A stretch of DNA of 64,000 nucleotides from positions 480,001-544,000 of the forward strand of contig CAXWPJ010000009.1 of assembly GCA_963664115.2 (NCBI GenBank), written 5' to 3'. This document shows positions 21,953 to 32,616 of this stretch, one piece after another. The notes under the pieces were generated by a model that saw nothing but the letters and a program-made list of their open reading frames with translations, was not told where the DNA came from and ran no database searches. The DNA is from Terriglobia bacterium (GTDB lineage Bacteria; Acidobacteriota; Terriglobia; 20CM-2-55-15). A program made the translations under genes and the position numbers. Position 1 is the stretch's first letter. The number at the start of each line of letters is the position of its first letter.

Positions 21953-23803
21953 TTATTCCACGGTGACGCTTTTGGCGAGGTTGCGGGGTTGGTCTACGTC
22001 ACAGCCCCGTTGTACGGCAATCTGATAGGCGAGGAGCTGCAGTGGGACGACCTCTAGAATGGGTAGCAGGAAATCAGTGGCCTTCGGAACGAAAATGCAG
22101 TGGTCGGATTCTGCCGCGACCGCGGTGTCGCCTTCGATGGCAACGGAAACGATGATCCCGTCACGCGACTTCACTTCTCGAACGTTGTTGAGCACTTTTT
22201 CGTAAATCTGGCATGACGCCTCCCGTTCCTCGTCCTTGGTGACCACGAAAACGACGGGCAAGTCGCCATCGATAAGCGCGTTGGGTCCGTGCTTCATTTC
22301 GCCGGCCGGGTATCCTTCAGCGTGAATATAGGAAATCTCTTTCAGTTTCAACGCACCTTCAAGAGCAATCGGAAAATGGATGCCTCGCCCAAGAAAAAGG
22401 AAATCGTTTGAATGGGCCAGAGACCGGGCGATCGTCTCGATCTGAGGTGCCGACGCCAGCACCTGCTCGATCTTGGGCGGGAGCGCCGTCAGTTCCGACA
22501 AAGCCGCGCCGATCTGGTCCGGAGACAAGGTCTGGTGCGATTTCCCCAACTGGAGTGCCAACAGGTAGAGGGCAGTCAGCTGTGTAACGAACGCTTTTGT
22601 CGACGCCACACCGATCTCAGGACCGGCACGCGTGTAGAGAACGCCATCAGCCAGTCGGGTTGTCATAGAGCCAACGACATTCGTTATCGTAAGAACGCGA
22701 AAGCCCATCTCGCGCACCAAACGCTGAGCCGCGATGGTATCGGCTGTTTCACCCGACTGCGTGATGACGACGAAAAGTGTGGCCGGATCCACCGCCGGGC
22801 TTCGATATCGGAACTCGCTGGCATAGTCGACCTGAACCGGCAGACGCGCTATGGCCTCGATCATGTACTTACCTGCCACGCACGAGTGCCAACTCGTACC
22901 GCAGCCGAGGAGGCAAATACTCTTAAAGCTCTTCCAGTCCTCCTCCAAAAACCCCGCGTCATCCAGGCGCACTTCGTTCGATTCCAGCGCCAGCCGTCCC
23001 ACCAGCGTCTCGCTGACGGCTTCCGGCTGCTCGTGGATTTCCTTCAACATGAAGTGCTTGTAACCCCCCTTCTCAGCTTGCACGGGGTCCCACGTGATGC
23101 GATTGAAATGGGGCTCGCGCTGGGCTCCGTCAAAGTCCATCAGTCGGATCCGGTCGGATTCGACGACAGCCAGTTCACCATCATCCAGGAACAACAGCTC
23201 ACGGGTGTGGGGAAGCAATGCCGAAATGTCGGAAGCAACGAAGCCCTCTCCGTTCGTGCGCCCGACAACAGTGGGCGGCCCATCGCGTCCGGTCACAATT
23301 TTTTGAGGATCGTCTGCTGAAATAGCAGAAAATGCGAACAAACCGCGCAACTCCTTCACAGCCGCCAGCACCGCAACTTCAAGGTTTCCCTCGAAGTACT
23401 TCTCGATGAGATGCGCGATGACTTCGGTGTCGGTTTCTGTCGCGAACTGATGACCTTCCCCGCTCAGACCACGCTTGAGCTCCAGGTAGTTTTCGATGAT
23501 CCCGTTGTGAACAACAACGATCCGCCCCTTGCAGTCACGATGGGGATGCGCATTTTCTTCGGTCGGCCGGCCATGTGTCGCCCAACGCGTGTGGCCCAGA
23601 CCGTAGCTACCACTGATGGGTTCCTTGCCCAGAAGCAGTTCCAGATTGACCAACTTGCCTTCCGAGCGACGCACGACAACCTCACCGTCGCTAACGATCG
23701 CGATACCAGCCGAATCGTATCCACGGTACTCAAGGCTCCGAAGACCCTCCAGCACCAGCGGGACGGCATCACGATTACCGATGTATCCGAAAATTCCACA
23801 CAT
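21953..23803 (-). CDS. glmS: Glutamine--fructose-6-phosphate aminotransferase
   Basis: MCGI, EYRGYDSAG, HTRWATHG and PRNLAKSVTVE motifs. Confidence 0.98.
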   Translation of the reverse strand: MCGIFGYIGNRDAVPLVLEGLRSLEYRGYDSAGIAIVSDGEVVVRRSEGKLVNLELLLGKEPISGSYGLGHTRWATHGRPTEENAHPHRDCKGRIVVVHNGIIENYLELKRGLSGEGHQFATETDTEVIAHLIEKYFEGNLEVAVLAAVKELRGLFAFSAISADDPQKIVTGRDGPPTVVGRTNGEGFVASDISALLPHTRELLFLDDGELAVVESDRIRLMDFDGAQREPHFNRITWDPVQAEKGGYKHFMLKEIHEQPEAVSETLVGRLALESNEVRLDDAGFLEEDWKSFKSICLLGCGTSWHSCVAGKYMIEAIARLPVQVDYASEFRYRSPAVDPATLFVVITQSGETADTIAAQRLVREMGFRVLTITNVVGSMTTRLADGVLYTRAGPEIGVASTKAFVTQLTALYLLALQLGKSHQTLSPDQIGAALSELTALPPKIEQVLASAPQIETIARSLAHSNDFLFLGRGIHFPIALEGALKLKEISYIHAEGYPAGEMKHGPNALIDGDLPVVFVVTKDEEREASCQIYEKVLNNVREVKSRDGIIVSVAIEGDTAVAAESDHCIFVPKATDFLLPILEVVPLQLLAYQIAVQRGCDVDQPRNLAKSVTVE

Positions 23804-23813
23804 AAGAGCCGCT

Positions 23814-23893
23814 CAACGCAGAGGCGCAGGGTTCGCAGAGGCCGCAGGAGGAGGAACTGAAGAAAATATCTCTATACCTCAGTGCCTCTGTGC
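23814..23893. repeat. Degenerate palindromic octamer-repeat element, CGCAGAG variant
   Basis: AACGCAGAGGCGCAGGGTTCGCAGAG and CTCAGTGCCTCTGTG between glmU and glmS. Confidence 0.65.
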
Positions 23894-23899
23894 TTAGAC

Positions 23900-25276
23900 C
23901 TAATTCTTTCCTTTCTTTTTTCCTTTTTGCTTCATCCGGTCTTTCTTCACCACCTGGCGGCCGCGGCCAATGGCCAGGGAGTCCGGTGGAACGTCTTTCG
24001 TGATGGTGGAACCGGCACCTAGATAGGCGTTCTTTTCGATCCGGATGGGAGCGACGAGCGAAGAATTGCTTCCGATGAAAACGCCGTCCTCGATAGTCGT
24101 TTTGTGCTTGTTCACACCGTCGTAATTGCACGTGATCGTGCCAGCCCCGACATTAACATTCTTTCCGATGTCGGCGTCTCCCAGATACGTCAGGTGCATG
24201 GACTTGGTTCCTTCGTCGAGCTTAGACTTCTTGATTTCAACAAAGTTACCGACTTTGACGCTGTTCTCAAGAAGCGTCCCCATCCTCAGATGGGCGTAGG
24301 GGCCAATGCGGACATCGCTCCGAACTTCGGACTGATCCATAATGCAACCGTCCAGGATGGTGGACCCATCGCCCACCTTGGAATCTGAGATCCGGCAAAA
24401 GGACCTCACGGTTACGTCTTCGCCAAGAATCGATGCGCCCTCGATAGCGACCGAGGGGTAGATAGTGGAATCGCTTCCGATCTGCACGTCGGCGTCAATC
24501 CGGGCCGTTTCCGGGTCGAGGATCGAGACGCCGTCCGCCATGAGGGACTCACACTTTCGTCGGCGGATCTCACGATCCACAAGAGCCAATTGCTTGCGCG
24601 AATTGATACCCGACGCTTCAATAGGATCTTCAAGCGCGAACGCCCCAAAACGGTGCCCATCCCCGGAAAAAATCCTGACGACCTCGGTCAGATAGTATTC
24701 CTGCTGAGCATTGTCAGCCCCGGTTCGCTCGAGCGCGTCGAACAGAAGCTCGGAGTTGAACAGATAAATGCCGGAATTGATCTCTCGTATTGCGAGCACC
24801 TCGTCGGCACCGTCCCGATGTTCGACGATGCTGTCGACCTCGTGCTCGGAACTGCGAATAATCCGGCCATAGCCCTGCGGATCATCCATTGTCGCCACAA
24901 CGAGGGACCCCGCAAACGAACCCTCACGATGAAAATCAGCCAGTCTCCGAAGAGTTGCCGGCCCGATCAAGGGCACGTCACCTGGCAGGATCAGCAGATC
25001 ACCCGCATTCTGGAGCGATTCGCGCGCCGCCATCACCGCATGTCCTGTGCCGAGTTGCTGCTCCTGTTGGATGAAGTGGACCCCTTCGACCGCATCCTGA
25101 ACCTCGTTGGCATGGTGGCCCACGACAACGTGAACCTCCGGAGACACGTCGCGTGCCGCCCGAACCACGAACTCAAGCATAGGCAGGCCCCCGACCTGGT
25201 GAAGGACCTTCGCCTTCTTGGACTTCATCCGGGTGCCTGCACCAGCGGCCAGGATCAATACGGTTAATTTCGGCAT
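23900..25276 (-). CDS. glmU: Bifunctional GlcNAc-1-P uridyltransferase/acetyltransferase
   Basis: LAAGAGTRMKS, QLGTGHAV, GNFVEIKK and TCNYDG motifs. Confidence 0.97.
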   Translation of the reverse strand: MPKLTVLILAAGAGTRMKSKKAKVLHQVGGLPMLEFVVRAARDVSPEVHVVVGHHANEVQDAVEGVHFIQQEQQLGTGHAVMAARESLQNAGDLLILPGDVPLIGPATLRRLADFHREGSFAGSLVVATMDDPQGYGRIIRSSEHEVDSIVEHRDGADEVLAIREINSGIYLFNSELLFDALERTGADNAQQEYYLTEVVRIFSGDGHRFGAFALEDPIEASGINSRKQLALVDREIRRRKCESLMADGVSILDPETARIDADVQIGSDSTIYPSVAIEGASILGEDVTVRSFCRISDSKVGDGSTILDGCIMDQSEVRSDVRIGPYAHLRMGTLLENSVKVGNFVEIKKSKLDEGTKSMHLTYLGDADIGKNVNVGAGTITCNYDGVNKHKTTIEDGVFIGSNSSLVAPIRIEKNAYLGAGSTITKDVPPDSLAIGRGRQVVKKDRMKQKGKKKGKN

Positions 25277-26223
25277 ATTTTGAGTACAGCTTCCGCGAGA
25301 AGGTCCGCGTCGTGACGGATCACCTCACCTTCGGAAAGCAGATCTTTCTCGACGATCGTTATTCCCATCGCGCGAACACGCTCTTCATCAACTTCAACCA
25401 TGTGCGCGTTCTGTTCCCTGTATTTTCGCAGAATCGCGTTCGAAGGCGAGAGCGTATTTAAGAGAACATTCGGAAACAATACTTCCCCGACGTGATCGAT
25501 GATCGCTTGAATGTGGTCGCCCATCGTCATATCCGTGGTCTCAGCCGGTTGCGTCATGATGTTCTGGACGTAGATCTTGTGAGCGCCCGACGAGCGGATC
25601 GCGGACACGATCTCGCGGGGCAGGAGGTTTGCGATGAGACTGGTGTAAAGGGATCCGGGACCGATCGTAATGATCTCAGCCCCAGCAATAGCTTCCAGCG
25701 CTTCCGGCAGTGAATGGGCGTCGGGAGGATCCAATTCCAGACGACGGATGCGGCGGGGGTCCGCTGTGATACGGGTTTCGCCCGCAATCCACTCACCGTC
25801 GGCCAGCAGCGCCTTCAAGGCAACATCCGACGTTGTCGAAGGGTAGATGGTGCCTTTGATGGCGAGCACTTCCGAGGTCAGTCGGACAGCTTCGGCGAAG
25901 TCTCCAGTTACACCGGCCATCGCCGTCAGGAACAAATTTCCGAAGCTGTGATCATTCAATCCGCCGTCGGTGTCCTCACTCGAAAATCGATGCCTGAAGA
26001 GTCGGGACATGAGGGCTTCGTCTTCAGACAGCGCGACCATGCAGTTGCGAATGTCGCCGGGAGGCAGGACGCCAAACTCCTCTCTCAGGCGGCCCGAGCT
26101 GCCTCCGTCATCGGTCACTGCGACAATGACAGAGAGGTCCACGTCTGTCTTTTTCAAACCCCGTAAGAGGTTCGACAAACCGGCGCCTCCCCCGATCGAT
26201 ACGATTTTGGTGTCCTCTCCCAT
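25264..26223 (-). CDS. yvcK: UDP-GlcNAc-binding protein YvcK/GlmR
   Basis: VTDDGGSSGRLR, PPGDIRNC and GPGSLYTS motifs. Confidence 0.9.
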   Translation of the reverse strand: MGEDTKIVSIGGGAGLSNLLRGLKKTDVDLSVIVAVTDDGGSSGRLREEFGVLPPGDIRNCMVALSEDEALMSRLFRHRFSSEDTDGGLNDHSFGNLFLTAMAGVTGDFAEAVRLTSEVLAIKGTIYPSTTSDVALKALLADGEWIAGETRITADPRRIRRLELDPPDAHSLPEALEAIAGAEIITIGPGSLYTSLIANLLPREIVSAIRSSGAHKIYVQNIMTQPAETTDMTMGDHIQAIIDHVGEVLFPNVLLNTLSPSNAILRKYREQNAHMVEVDEERVRAMGITIVEKDLLSEGEVIRHDADLLAEAVLKICRN

Positions 26224-26299
26224 AGGTGCTGTCTCTAACGTGCAGGGCGGGAGGGCTTAATGACGAGCTCGATACGCTTTCGTCTTCGAGCCTCGCCTG

Positions 26300-27136
26300 T
26301 CAGCCCATGTCGGACGTGGTCAAGTCGATGAAGTCCGAATCTTGGGACAGGGACTCGAAGTCGTCGTCGTTGACCGCAAGGAAGCGGTTCTCGTCGCGAT
26401 ACTGGATGGCTTTCCGCAGATAGTCCAGAGCGGTTTCCCGGTCACCATTGAGCGCTGACGCTGCGGCGAGAGCGTAGTGAATATAGTCCCCCTTCGGGGA
26501 CAACTTCAAGGCACGCTGCAGATGCTCAAGCGCCTTAGTGATATTTTGTCCGTTTAACTCGGCAATCCCGACCTCATAGTATTCGTCGGCGCCCTGAAGC
26601 CGTGGAGAATTTTTTGCGTCTTGGATTCGATTATTGCAGGCATGGATCAGGACATGAGCCCGATCGAGCAATTCGATTTCGTAGGGGAATTCCTTGATCA
26701 GCCCATCAAATGTTACCTTGGCCTTTGCAAATTTTTCCGATTGCATCTGCTTGAAACCGGTTTCGTAAAGCTTGAGAGCTGCGGAAAAAGTGGACAGACG
26801 TGGCCGCCGGCTGGACGTCTTCCCCTTCGACTTGGCAGACTTTTTGGTCTTCTTGGGAGCACTGGCCCGCTGCTTTGCCGGCTGTTTCTTGCTGGCCGCG
26901 GCCCGGCCTTGAGACTTTTTGGAACCGGCCTTTTGCTTAGTCGTTTTCTTTTTCGCAGCGGGTTTCTTGCTGGAAGAGGCTTTCTTTGCCGTTGAAGATG
27001 CTTTCTTCGCCCTAGATGTGGCCTTCCGCTTAGCGAAAACAGCCTTCTTCTTGGTCGATTTAGACTTTAAACTCTTGTTAGGTTTAGACTTAGATGCCGT
27101 ACGGCTCCTGGACTGAGTTCGTTTTTTTGCTGCCAT
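26300..27136 (-). CDS. TPR protein with Lys/Ala/Ser-rich histone-like N-terminal tail
   Basis: About 112 aa highly basic low-complexity region, then TPRs ending NDDDFESL. Confidence 0.8.
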   Translation of the reverse strand: MAAKKRTQSRSRTASKSKPNKSLKSKSTKKKAVFAKRKATSRAKKASSTAKKASSSKKPAAKKKTTKQKAGSKKSQGRAAASKKQPAKQRASAPKKTKKSAKSKGKTSSRRPRLSTFSAALKLYETGFKQMQSEKFAKAKVTFDGLIKEFPYEIELLDRAHVLIHACNNRIQDAKNSPRLQGADEYYEVGIAELNGQNITKALEHLQRALKLSPKGDYIHYALAAASALNGDRETALDYLRKAIQYRDENRFLAVNDDDFESLSQDSDFIDLTTSDMG

Positions 27137-27306
27137 GATTTAGGAAGTCGCTTTATGGATAGAAGGGCCACTTATAAATGAAACCCGCAGCCAAAGTCAA
27201 GGCAGGCTCGGCTGGTACAAAGTCGTATCACCATGGCAAGGCATTCTATTAGAGTCACTTAGCCTGCTACTTGAGAAGGATTGTGGAGGCCCCAGATGGA
27301 GCTGAA

Positions 27307-27534
27307 TCAGCGCTTGCCGCCGGACTGGCCCGCTGCCATGGTCCGGGGAGGCTGATCCGTATCTTCGGAAGTGGATTCCGATTCGGGAAGGCTCTGCAGT
27401 TTGGTCTGTATGGCAACATCCTTCGGGGCCTCGATACCGAATCGGACGCGGTTTCGGCCAATCTCCAGAATGGTGATTTCGATATCGTCAGCAATGATGA
27501 TCTTTTGATTCGTTCGGCGGGCGACGATAAGCAT
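27307..27534 (-). CDS. csrA: Carbon storage regulator CsrA-like protein
   Basis: MLIVARR..IIIADDIEITILEI...VRFGIEAPKDV; RBS GGAG. Confidence 0.75.
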   Translation of the reverse strand: MLIVARRTNQKIIIADDIEITILEIGRNRVRFGIEAPKDVAIQTKLQSLPESESTSEDTDQPPRTMAAGQSGGKR

Positions 27535-27758
27535 AGGACTCCCCGGTTCGGTAGAGCACAGCGCAAACCTAAAAATACTAAAAATAACCTAAAATATAAC
27601 TCGCCCTTCGTCTGACCCAGACCCGAGCGCTGGCCACACACGCCGTTTATACCCGGAGATTCCTTCTTATTTCCCTGTTTTTCTGGCAGAATATGCTCGT
27701 TTATTCATGGGTCTAAACTCAGGGTCTGAATAGACGGAAGGAAGTCGTCGCCGAACTG

Positions 27759-28943
27759 ATGCTCAACCGTTTGGTTTGCCTCTTATTGCTGGCTGTCGTC
27801 ATTTTCGTCTGGCCCGTCCAAACCCAGGAAGCCACGTCGGATTTGGAGCAGTTGAGGGAACCCGCCCGTATCGAAGCAGCGGCCGCTGCCGAATACCTCG
27901 ACGAATTGTCCTACCGCGGTGTTTCTCTTGATGCCCAGGGTATTCGCGTCGAGTCCCTCGACGGCGGACTGATCATCGCCGATCACCAGGGAGACCAGGT
28001 GTTCAACCCGGCATCGGTCATTAAAGTCGCGACCTCGCTTGCCGCGCTGGAACGTTTCGGAATCGATCATCGATTTGAAACGGCGTTCTATGTTGACGGC
28101 ACCATCGACGAGGCAGGCGTCCTCCACGGAGACCTGATTCTTTCCAGCGATGGTGATCCCGTGATGGGCACTGCGGATTTGACCCGGCTCGCGCGGGAAG
28201 TGATCCGTGCCGGCGTGCGGCGCGTGGATGGCAACTTCGTCATCTCCGGACCATTCACGGTCGGCAACCTGTACTCAAGGCGTCGCGTCGACCCCTACGT
28301 CGTTCGAACGCTCCGGCGTATCGGAGTGCGGGTTCCCGACGAAGTGACTCACGGCCCGGTGGTCGGCAGGCAAGTTGCCCGGCGTTTATCCGATCCTCTG
28401 CTAGGCATCCTGTTTGATCAGAATGCGCGCAGCAACAACACGACGGCGGACCGCATGGGCGAGGCAGTGGGTGGCCCCGGGGCCGTGGAAGACTACCTGA
28501 TTCAGGAGGTCGGAATCCGTGCCGAGGACATCCGCATTCAACGAACATCCGGACTGCGGCGGAATCGGATTACTCCCGAAGGAACAATCATGGTTTTCCG
28601 CAAACTGACGTATTGGATGGAAAGCCACGGTTTGTATCCCGCACATGTGCTCCCTGTTGCGGGACTAGACCGCGGCACGCTACGTCTCCGATTCAACAGC
28701 CGGACACACCGCGGCGCAGTCGTCGCCAAGACGGGAACCCTGGTGTCCACCGATGACGGCGTCAGCACACTGGCTGGCATTCTCTACACCGAAGATCATG
28801 GCCCCCTGCTGTTCGCCATATTCAACACCCGGGGCCCAGTGTTGCAATACCGGAAATTTCAAGACAACTTTGTGAAGGATCTTCTCTCCGAATACGGTGG
28901 GATGCCAACCATCAACGCGTCAACGCACCGTTTCGGTAGCTGA
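27759..28943 (+). CDS. dacB: D-Ala-D-Ala carboxypeptidase/endopeptidase (peptidase S13, PBP4-like)
   Basis: Signal peptide; PASVIK (SxxK), SNN (SxN) and AKTGTL (KTG) motifs. Confidence 0.85.
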   Translation: MLNRLVCLLLLAVVIFVWPVQTQEATSDLEQLREPARIEAAAAAEYLDELSYRGVSLDAQGIRVESLDGGLIIADHQGDQVFNPASVIKVATSLAALERFGIDHRFETAFYVDGTIDEAGVLHGDLILSSDGDPVMGTADLTRLAREVIRAGVRRVDGNFVISGPFTVGNLYSRRRVDPYVVRTLRRIGVRVPDEVTHGPVVGRQVARRLSDPLLGILFDQNARSNNTTADRMGEAVGGPGAVEDYLIQEVGIRAEDIRIQRTSGLRRNRITPEGTIMVFRKLTYWMESHGLYPAHVLPVAGLDRGTLRLRFNSRTHRGAVVAKTGTLVSTDDGVSTLAGILYTEDHGPLLFAIFNTRGPVLQYRKFQDNFVKDLLSEYGGMPTINASTHRFGS

Positions 28944-29042
28944 GACTCTTTCCCCAACGATTCGGCGTATCCCTTCGAGGCCCGCTATTCCTTATCGACT
29001 CTCCGCCAGGCTCCACATCTTTTATCGCGGCATAGACAGCGC

Positions 29043-29942
29043 ATGAGTCTGCTCAACAGTCTGGTCGTACACAGCCTGCCTTTCATACCGAAGTCTGTGG
29101 TCGGCGCTGTTTCGAAACGTTACATCGCAGGTGAAACGCTGGAGGAAGCCCTGAAGGTCGCCAAAGATCTGAATCGTCACAGCTTTATGACGACCATCGA
29201 TCTATTGGGCGAAGATACGATCCACGTCGAGCAAGCCCGCCGGGCTGCAGGTGATTATCGAACCCTTCTCAACGCGATCGCGCGCAACGGCATTGAGGGG
29301 AATATTTCAGTCAAACCCACACAGTTCGGCCTGAACCTCGACATGCGCTTGTGCACCGATCTTTTCCGCGGACTCATCGAAGAAGCACGTTCGCTCGGGT
29401 ATTTCGTGCGCGTTGAAATGGAAAACTCTACCTGCACCCAAGCCACCGTGGAACTGTACCGCACGCTCCTCGCCGACTATGACAATATGGGAATCGTACT
29501 CCAATCGTACCTGCACCGCACTTCGTCCGACGTCGAGGCCGTCTCTCGATTCTCTCCGAACGTCCGAATGGTCAAAGGTGTCTACATGGAACCGGAAACC
29601 ATCGCGTACCAGAACGGCGACACGATCCGTATGCAGTACATAAAGTTGTCGGAAATTCTCTTGCGGGCCGGCTCATACCTTGCGTTCGCCACTCACGACC
29701 AGGTGTTGATCGAGGAAGCATGTCTCCTGGTCGACAGGCTCAAGCTCCCACCGACGGCCTACGAATTTCAGATGCTCCTCGGGGTGGGAGGAGCGCTGCG
29801 AACAAAGCTAGTGGAGTCAGGGCGGCGGATGCGCGTCTATGTGCCCTTCGGCGGCGATTGGTATCCGTATTCCATGCGCCGACTTAGAGAGAATCCAAAG
29901 ATCGCGGGCTACGTCCTGCGTGCCATGCTCGGGCGAGGGTAG
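29043..29942 (+). CDS. Monofunctional proline dehydrogenase
   Basis: RYIAGE, RMVKGVY, FATHD and RVYVPFGGDWYPYSMRRLRENP motifs. Confidence 0.92.
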   Translation: MSLLNSLVVHSLPFIPKSVVGAVSKRYIAGETLEEALKVAKDLNRHSFMTTIDLLGEDTIHVEQARRAAGDYRTLLNAIARNGIEGNISVKPTQFGLNLDMRLCTDLFRGLIEEARSLGYFVRVEMENSTCTQATVELYRTLLADYDNMGIVLQSYLHRTSSDVEAVSRFSPNVRMVKGVYMEPETIAYQNGDTIRMQYIKLSEILLRAGSYLAFATHDQVLIEEACLLVDRLKLPPTAYEFQMLLGVGGALRTKLVESGRRMRVYVPFGGDWYPYSMRRLRENPKIAGYVLRAMLGRG

Positions 29943-30014
29943 ACAACAGCCCATGTTAATCTACGTTATTCGATGAATCGTTACTGTTCCCATTGATCAC
30001 CGCATCTAATCGTT

Positions 30015-30929
30015 ATGAAGATCGTTTTGCTGGGCACAAGTGCCGCCGTTCCGACGCTGTATCGAAGCCTGTCATCGACGGCATTGATCCGCGACGGAGA
30101 CGTGTTTCTGTTCGACTGTGGCGAAGGAACACAGGTACAGCTGATGCGTGCCGGTGTGCGGCGAAGTAAAATCCACTCGATATTCATCGGTCATCTCCAT
30201 GGAGACCATCTTTACGGTATCAATGGGCTGCTGAGCACCTTGCATCTGGACAACCGGGAAACGCCGCTCCGCGTGTATGGACCACAGGGAATACTGCACT
30301 TTCTTCACGCCTCGTTCAGGACGAATAGCCTCAAATTCAGTTACCCGATAACGGTTCAGGAGTTTTCGCGCGGTTTCCACGGACGCGTACTCGAAGAAAA
30401 AGAGTTTTATGTCGATGCGATGCCCTTGGATCACTCTATTTTTTGTCTGGGATGGCGCTTTCAGGAAAAAGATCGGCCCGGCATCTTCAATCTGGAACAA
30501 GCCGAAGCGCTGGGCGTTCCTCGAGGACCCCTGTTCGGCAAACTTCAGAACGGAAATTCTATAATCCTGGAAAAAGGGCAAACGATCCGCCCCGAAGAAG
30601 TGCTGGGCGAAACCCGACCCGGGAAGTCCGTTGCCTATTGCCTGGACACTCAGTTTTCAAAACGGTCTATCGAACTGGCCGAGGGCTGCACAGTGTTGAT
30701 CCACGAAACGACCTTCGGACCCGATGGCGTCACGATGGCACGGGAACGGAAGCATTCCACAATGGAAGACGCCGCCCGTGTGGCCGCCGATGCAGGCGCC
30801 GGGCAATTGATCGCCACTCACTTCAGCAGCCGCTACGATCATCGTCAGGTGAAGCGGATCGCCGACGAAGCCCGCGCCACGTATGAAAACATCACGATCG
30901 CCCGCGACTTGAAAGAGATTGATATTTAA
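30015..30929 (+). CDS. rnz: Ribonuclease Z
   Basis: FDCGEGTQ, HLHGDH, GVPRGP exosite, HST and THFSSRY motifs. Confidence 0.93.
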   Translation: MKIVLLGTSAAVPTLYRSLSSTALIRDGDVFLFDCGEGTQVQLMRAGVRRSKIHSIFIGHLHGDHLYGINGLLSTLHLDNRETPLRVYGPQGILHFLHASFRTNSLKFSYPITVQEFSRGFHGRVLEEKEFYVDAMPLDHSIFCLGWRFQEKDRPGIFNLEQAEALGVPRGPLFGKLQNGNSIILEKGQTIRPEEVLGETRPGKSVAYCLDTQFSKRSIELAEGCTVLIHETTFGPDGVTMARERKHSTMEDAARVAADAGAGQLIATHFSSRYDHRQVKRIADEARATYENITIARDLKEIDI

Positions 30930-30956
30930 AATCGGGAAATAGGGCTCTGACCCGAA

Positions 30957-32243
30957 TTAAGGCGAAACGAGGGTTTCGTGGGGGACAGGAACACCCTGGA
31001 GGGTGCCGCGTGCGATACCGGAAACCTGGACCCGAACGGTTTCGCCCGCTCGATGCACACCTTCAAGCTGAATCTTTTGGTTGCCTCGTGTTCGGCCGCA
31101 GTTCGGTTCTTCGATCAGGACTTCCTGAAAGCTTCCCACACGATCGGCCCGTTTCTCTCGAGCGATCGTCTCGACCCGGTCGAGGCATTCCTGGTGACGC
31201 GCTTCGACGAAGTCCTCTGGATGGCACTCCATCGAAGCCGCAGGCGTGCCGGCGCGAGCCGAGTACTTGAACACGAAACCCCGGTCGAATCGTGCCTCAT
31301 CAAGTAAAGACAGGGTCTCGGCGAAATCGTCCTCACCCTCGCCCGGGAACCCGACGATCAGATCCGTGGAGATCGCGATGTCCGGCATTCTGGAACGCAG
31401 TTTTCCAATCAGCTCCAGGTAGTATTCACGCGTGTAGTTGCGGAGCATGGATTTCAGAATCGGCGTCGAACCGGACTGAACCGGCAGATGCAGTCCCTCG
31501 CACACCGCCGGTATCGAAGCCATCGCGTCGATTACACGGTCGGTCATGTAGTAGGGATGTGGGCTGACAAAGCGAATGCGTTCGACGCCGTCAATTTCGG
31601 CGACGGCCTCGAGCAGGTCTGAGAATTCGGTATCGCCGCGTCGTGAGCCGTCGCGGTGGTAGGAGTTGACGGTCTGTCCGAGGAGGGTAAACTCGCGTAT
31701 GCCGGTCTCGGCCCCTCGACGCACCTGGGAAAGAATCTCCTCCATCGGGCGGTAGCTTTCCCGGCCACGCACATATGGAACAATGCAATAGCTGCAGGAA
31801 TAGTTACAGCCGCGCATGACGGTCACGAAGGTCGCAACCTGATCGTTCGTGGAACCGGCCGCGTATTCCAGGTTTTCATCGGTAGGCCTGCGCTCGAGCA
31901 AGCCATCGACAATGGCGCCAAACGCTTCGATGGACTTGGCACCCACCACGAGATCGATATGAGGAAAGCGGGTTTCAAGGACTTCTTTCGTCCGTTCAGC
32001 CGCACAACCCGTTATGACGAGCTTACGGTCCGGTTGCTCGGCCTTCCATACCCGGAGTCGGCCGATTTCAGAGAATGCCCGTTCCTCGGCGTGATGCCGA
32101 ACGGTACAGGTGTTCATCAAATAGACGGTAGCTTCATCCGGATCTTCGGTAGCCACGAATCCGCGGTCGTTTAAATGACGACCCATTTCATCCGAGTCCG
32201 CCACGTTCATCTGGCAGCCATATGTGCGCACGTAGTACTTCAT
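30957..32243 (-). CDS. miaB: tRNA methylthiotransferase MiaB
   Basis: TYGCQMN, GCNYSCSYC radical SAM motif, HLPVQSGS and TRAM domain. Confidence 0.92.
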   Translation of the reverse strand: MKYYVRTYGCQMNVADSDEMGRHLNDRGFVATEDPDEATVYLMNTCTVRHHAEERAFSEIGRLRVWKAEQPDRKLVITGCAAERTKEVLETRFPHIDLVVGAKSIEAFGAIVDGLLERRPTDENLEYAAGSTNDQVATFVTVMRGCNYSCSYCIVPYVRGRESYRPMEEILSQVRRGAETGIREFTLLGQTVNSYHRDGSRRGDTEFSDLLEAVAEIDGVERIRFVSPHPYYMTDRVIDAMASIPAVCEGLHLPVQSGSTPILKSMLRNYTREYYLELIGKLRSRMPDIAISTDLIVGFPGEGEDDFAETLSLLDEARFDRGFVFKYSARAGTPAASMECHPEDFVEARHQECLDRVETIAREKRADRVGSFQEVLIEEPNCGRTRGNQKIQLEGVHRAGETVRVQVSGIARGTLQGVPVPHETLVSP

Positions 32244-32343
32244 TCCAGTCCGTTGATTCTAACCCAATTGATCTTGTCTTTAACTGCAGGTGCGATCACA
32301 GACCGCACTTACGGTTTGGTCCTATCTGCGGTAGAGTCAGAAT

Positions 32344-32616
32344 ATGCATGCGGTTCCGATCGAAGACACGATTGACCTGCACACCTTTCGACCGAAAGAA
32401 GTGCGGGCCGTTGTGGAAGAGTACTTGTATCAGGCGATCCAGCGAGGTTTCGGAGAAGTTCGGATCATCCACGGAAAAGGAATCGGCGTTCAGAGAGAAA
32501 TCGTCCACGCCATCCTCACGAAACACCCGGATGTCGCCGAGTTCAGGGACCTTGGCGATCGCGGCTCAACCGTCGCCCGACTACGCTCGAGCTCCCAGAC
32601 TCTGACCGAAACGTAA
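32344..32616 (+). CDS. Stand-alone Smr domain protein
   Basis: IDLHTF...VRIIHGKGIG. Confidence 0.88.
   Translation: MHAVPIEDTIDLHTFRPKEVRAVVEEYLYQAIQRGFGEVRIIHGKGIGVQREIVHAILTKHPDVAEFRDLGDRGSTVARLRSSSQTLTET

Noticed and set aside
23804-23899. glmS ribozyme upstream of glmS
   Set aside because: The gap is under 100 bp and filled by a palindromic repeat; no ribozyme core recognised
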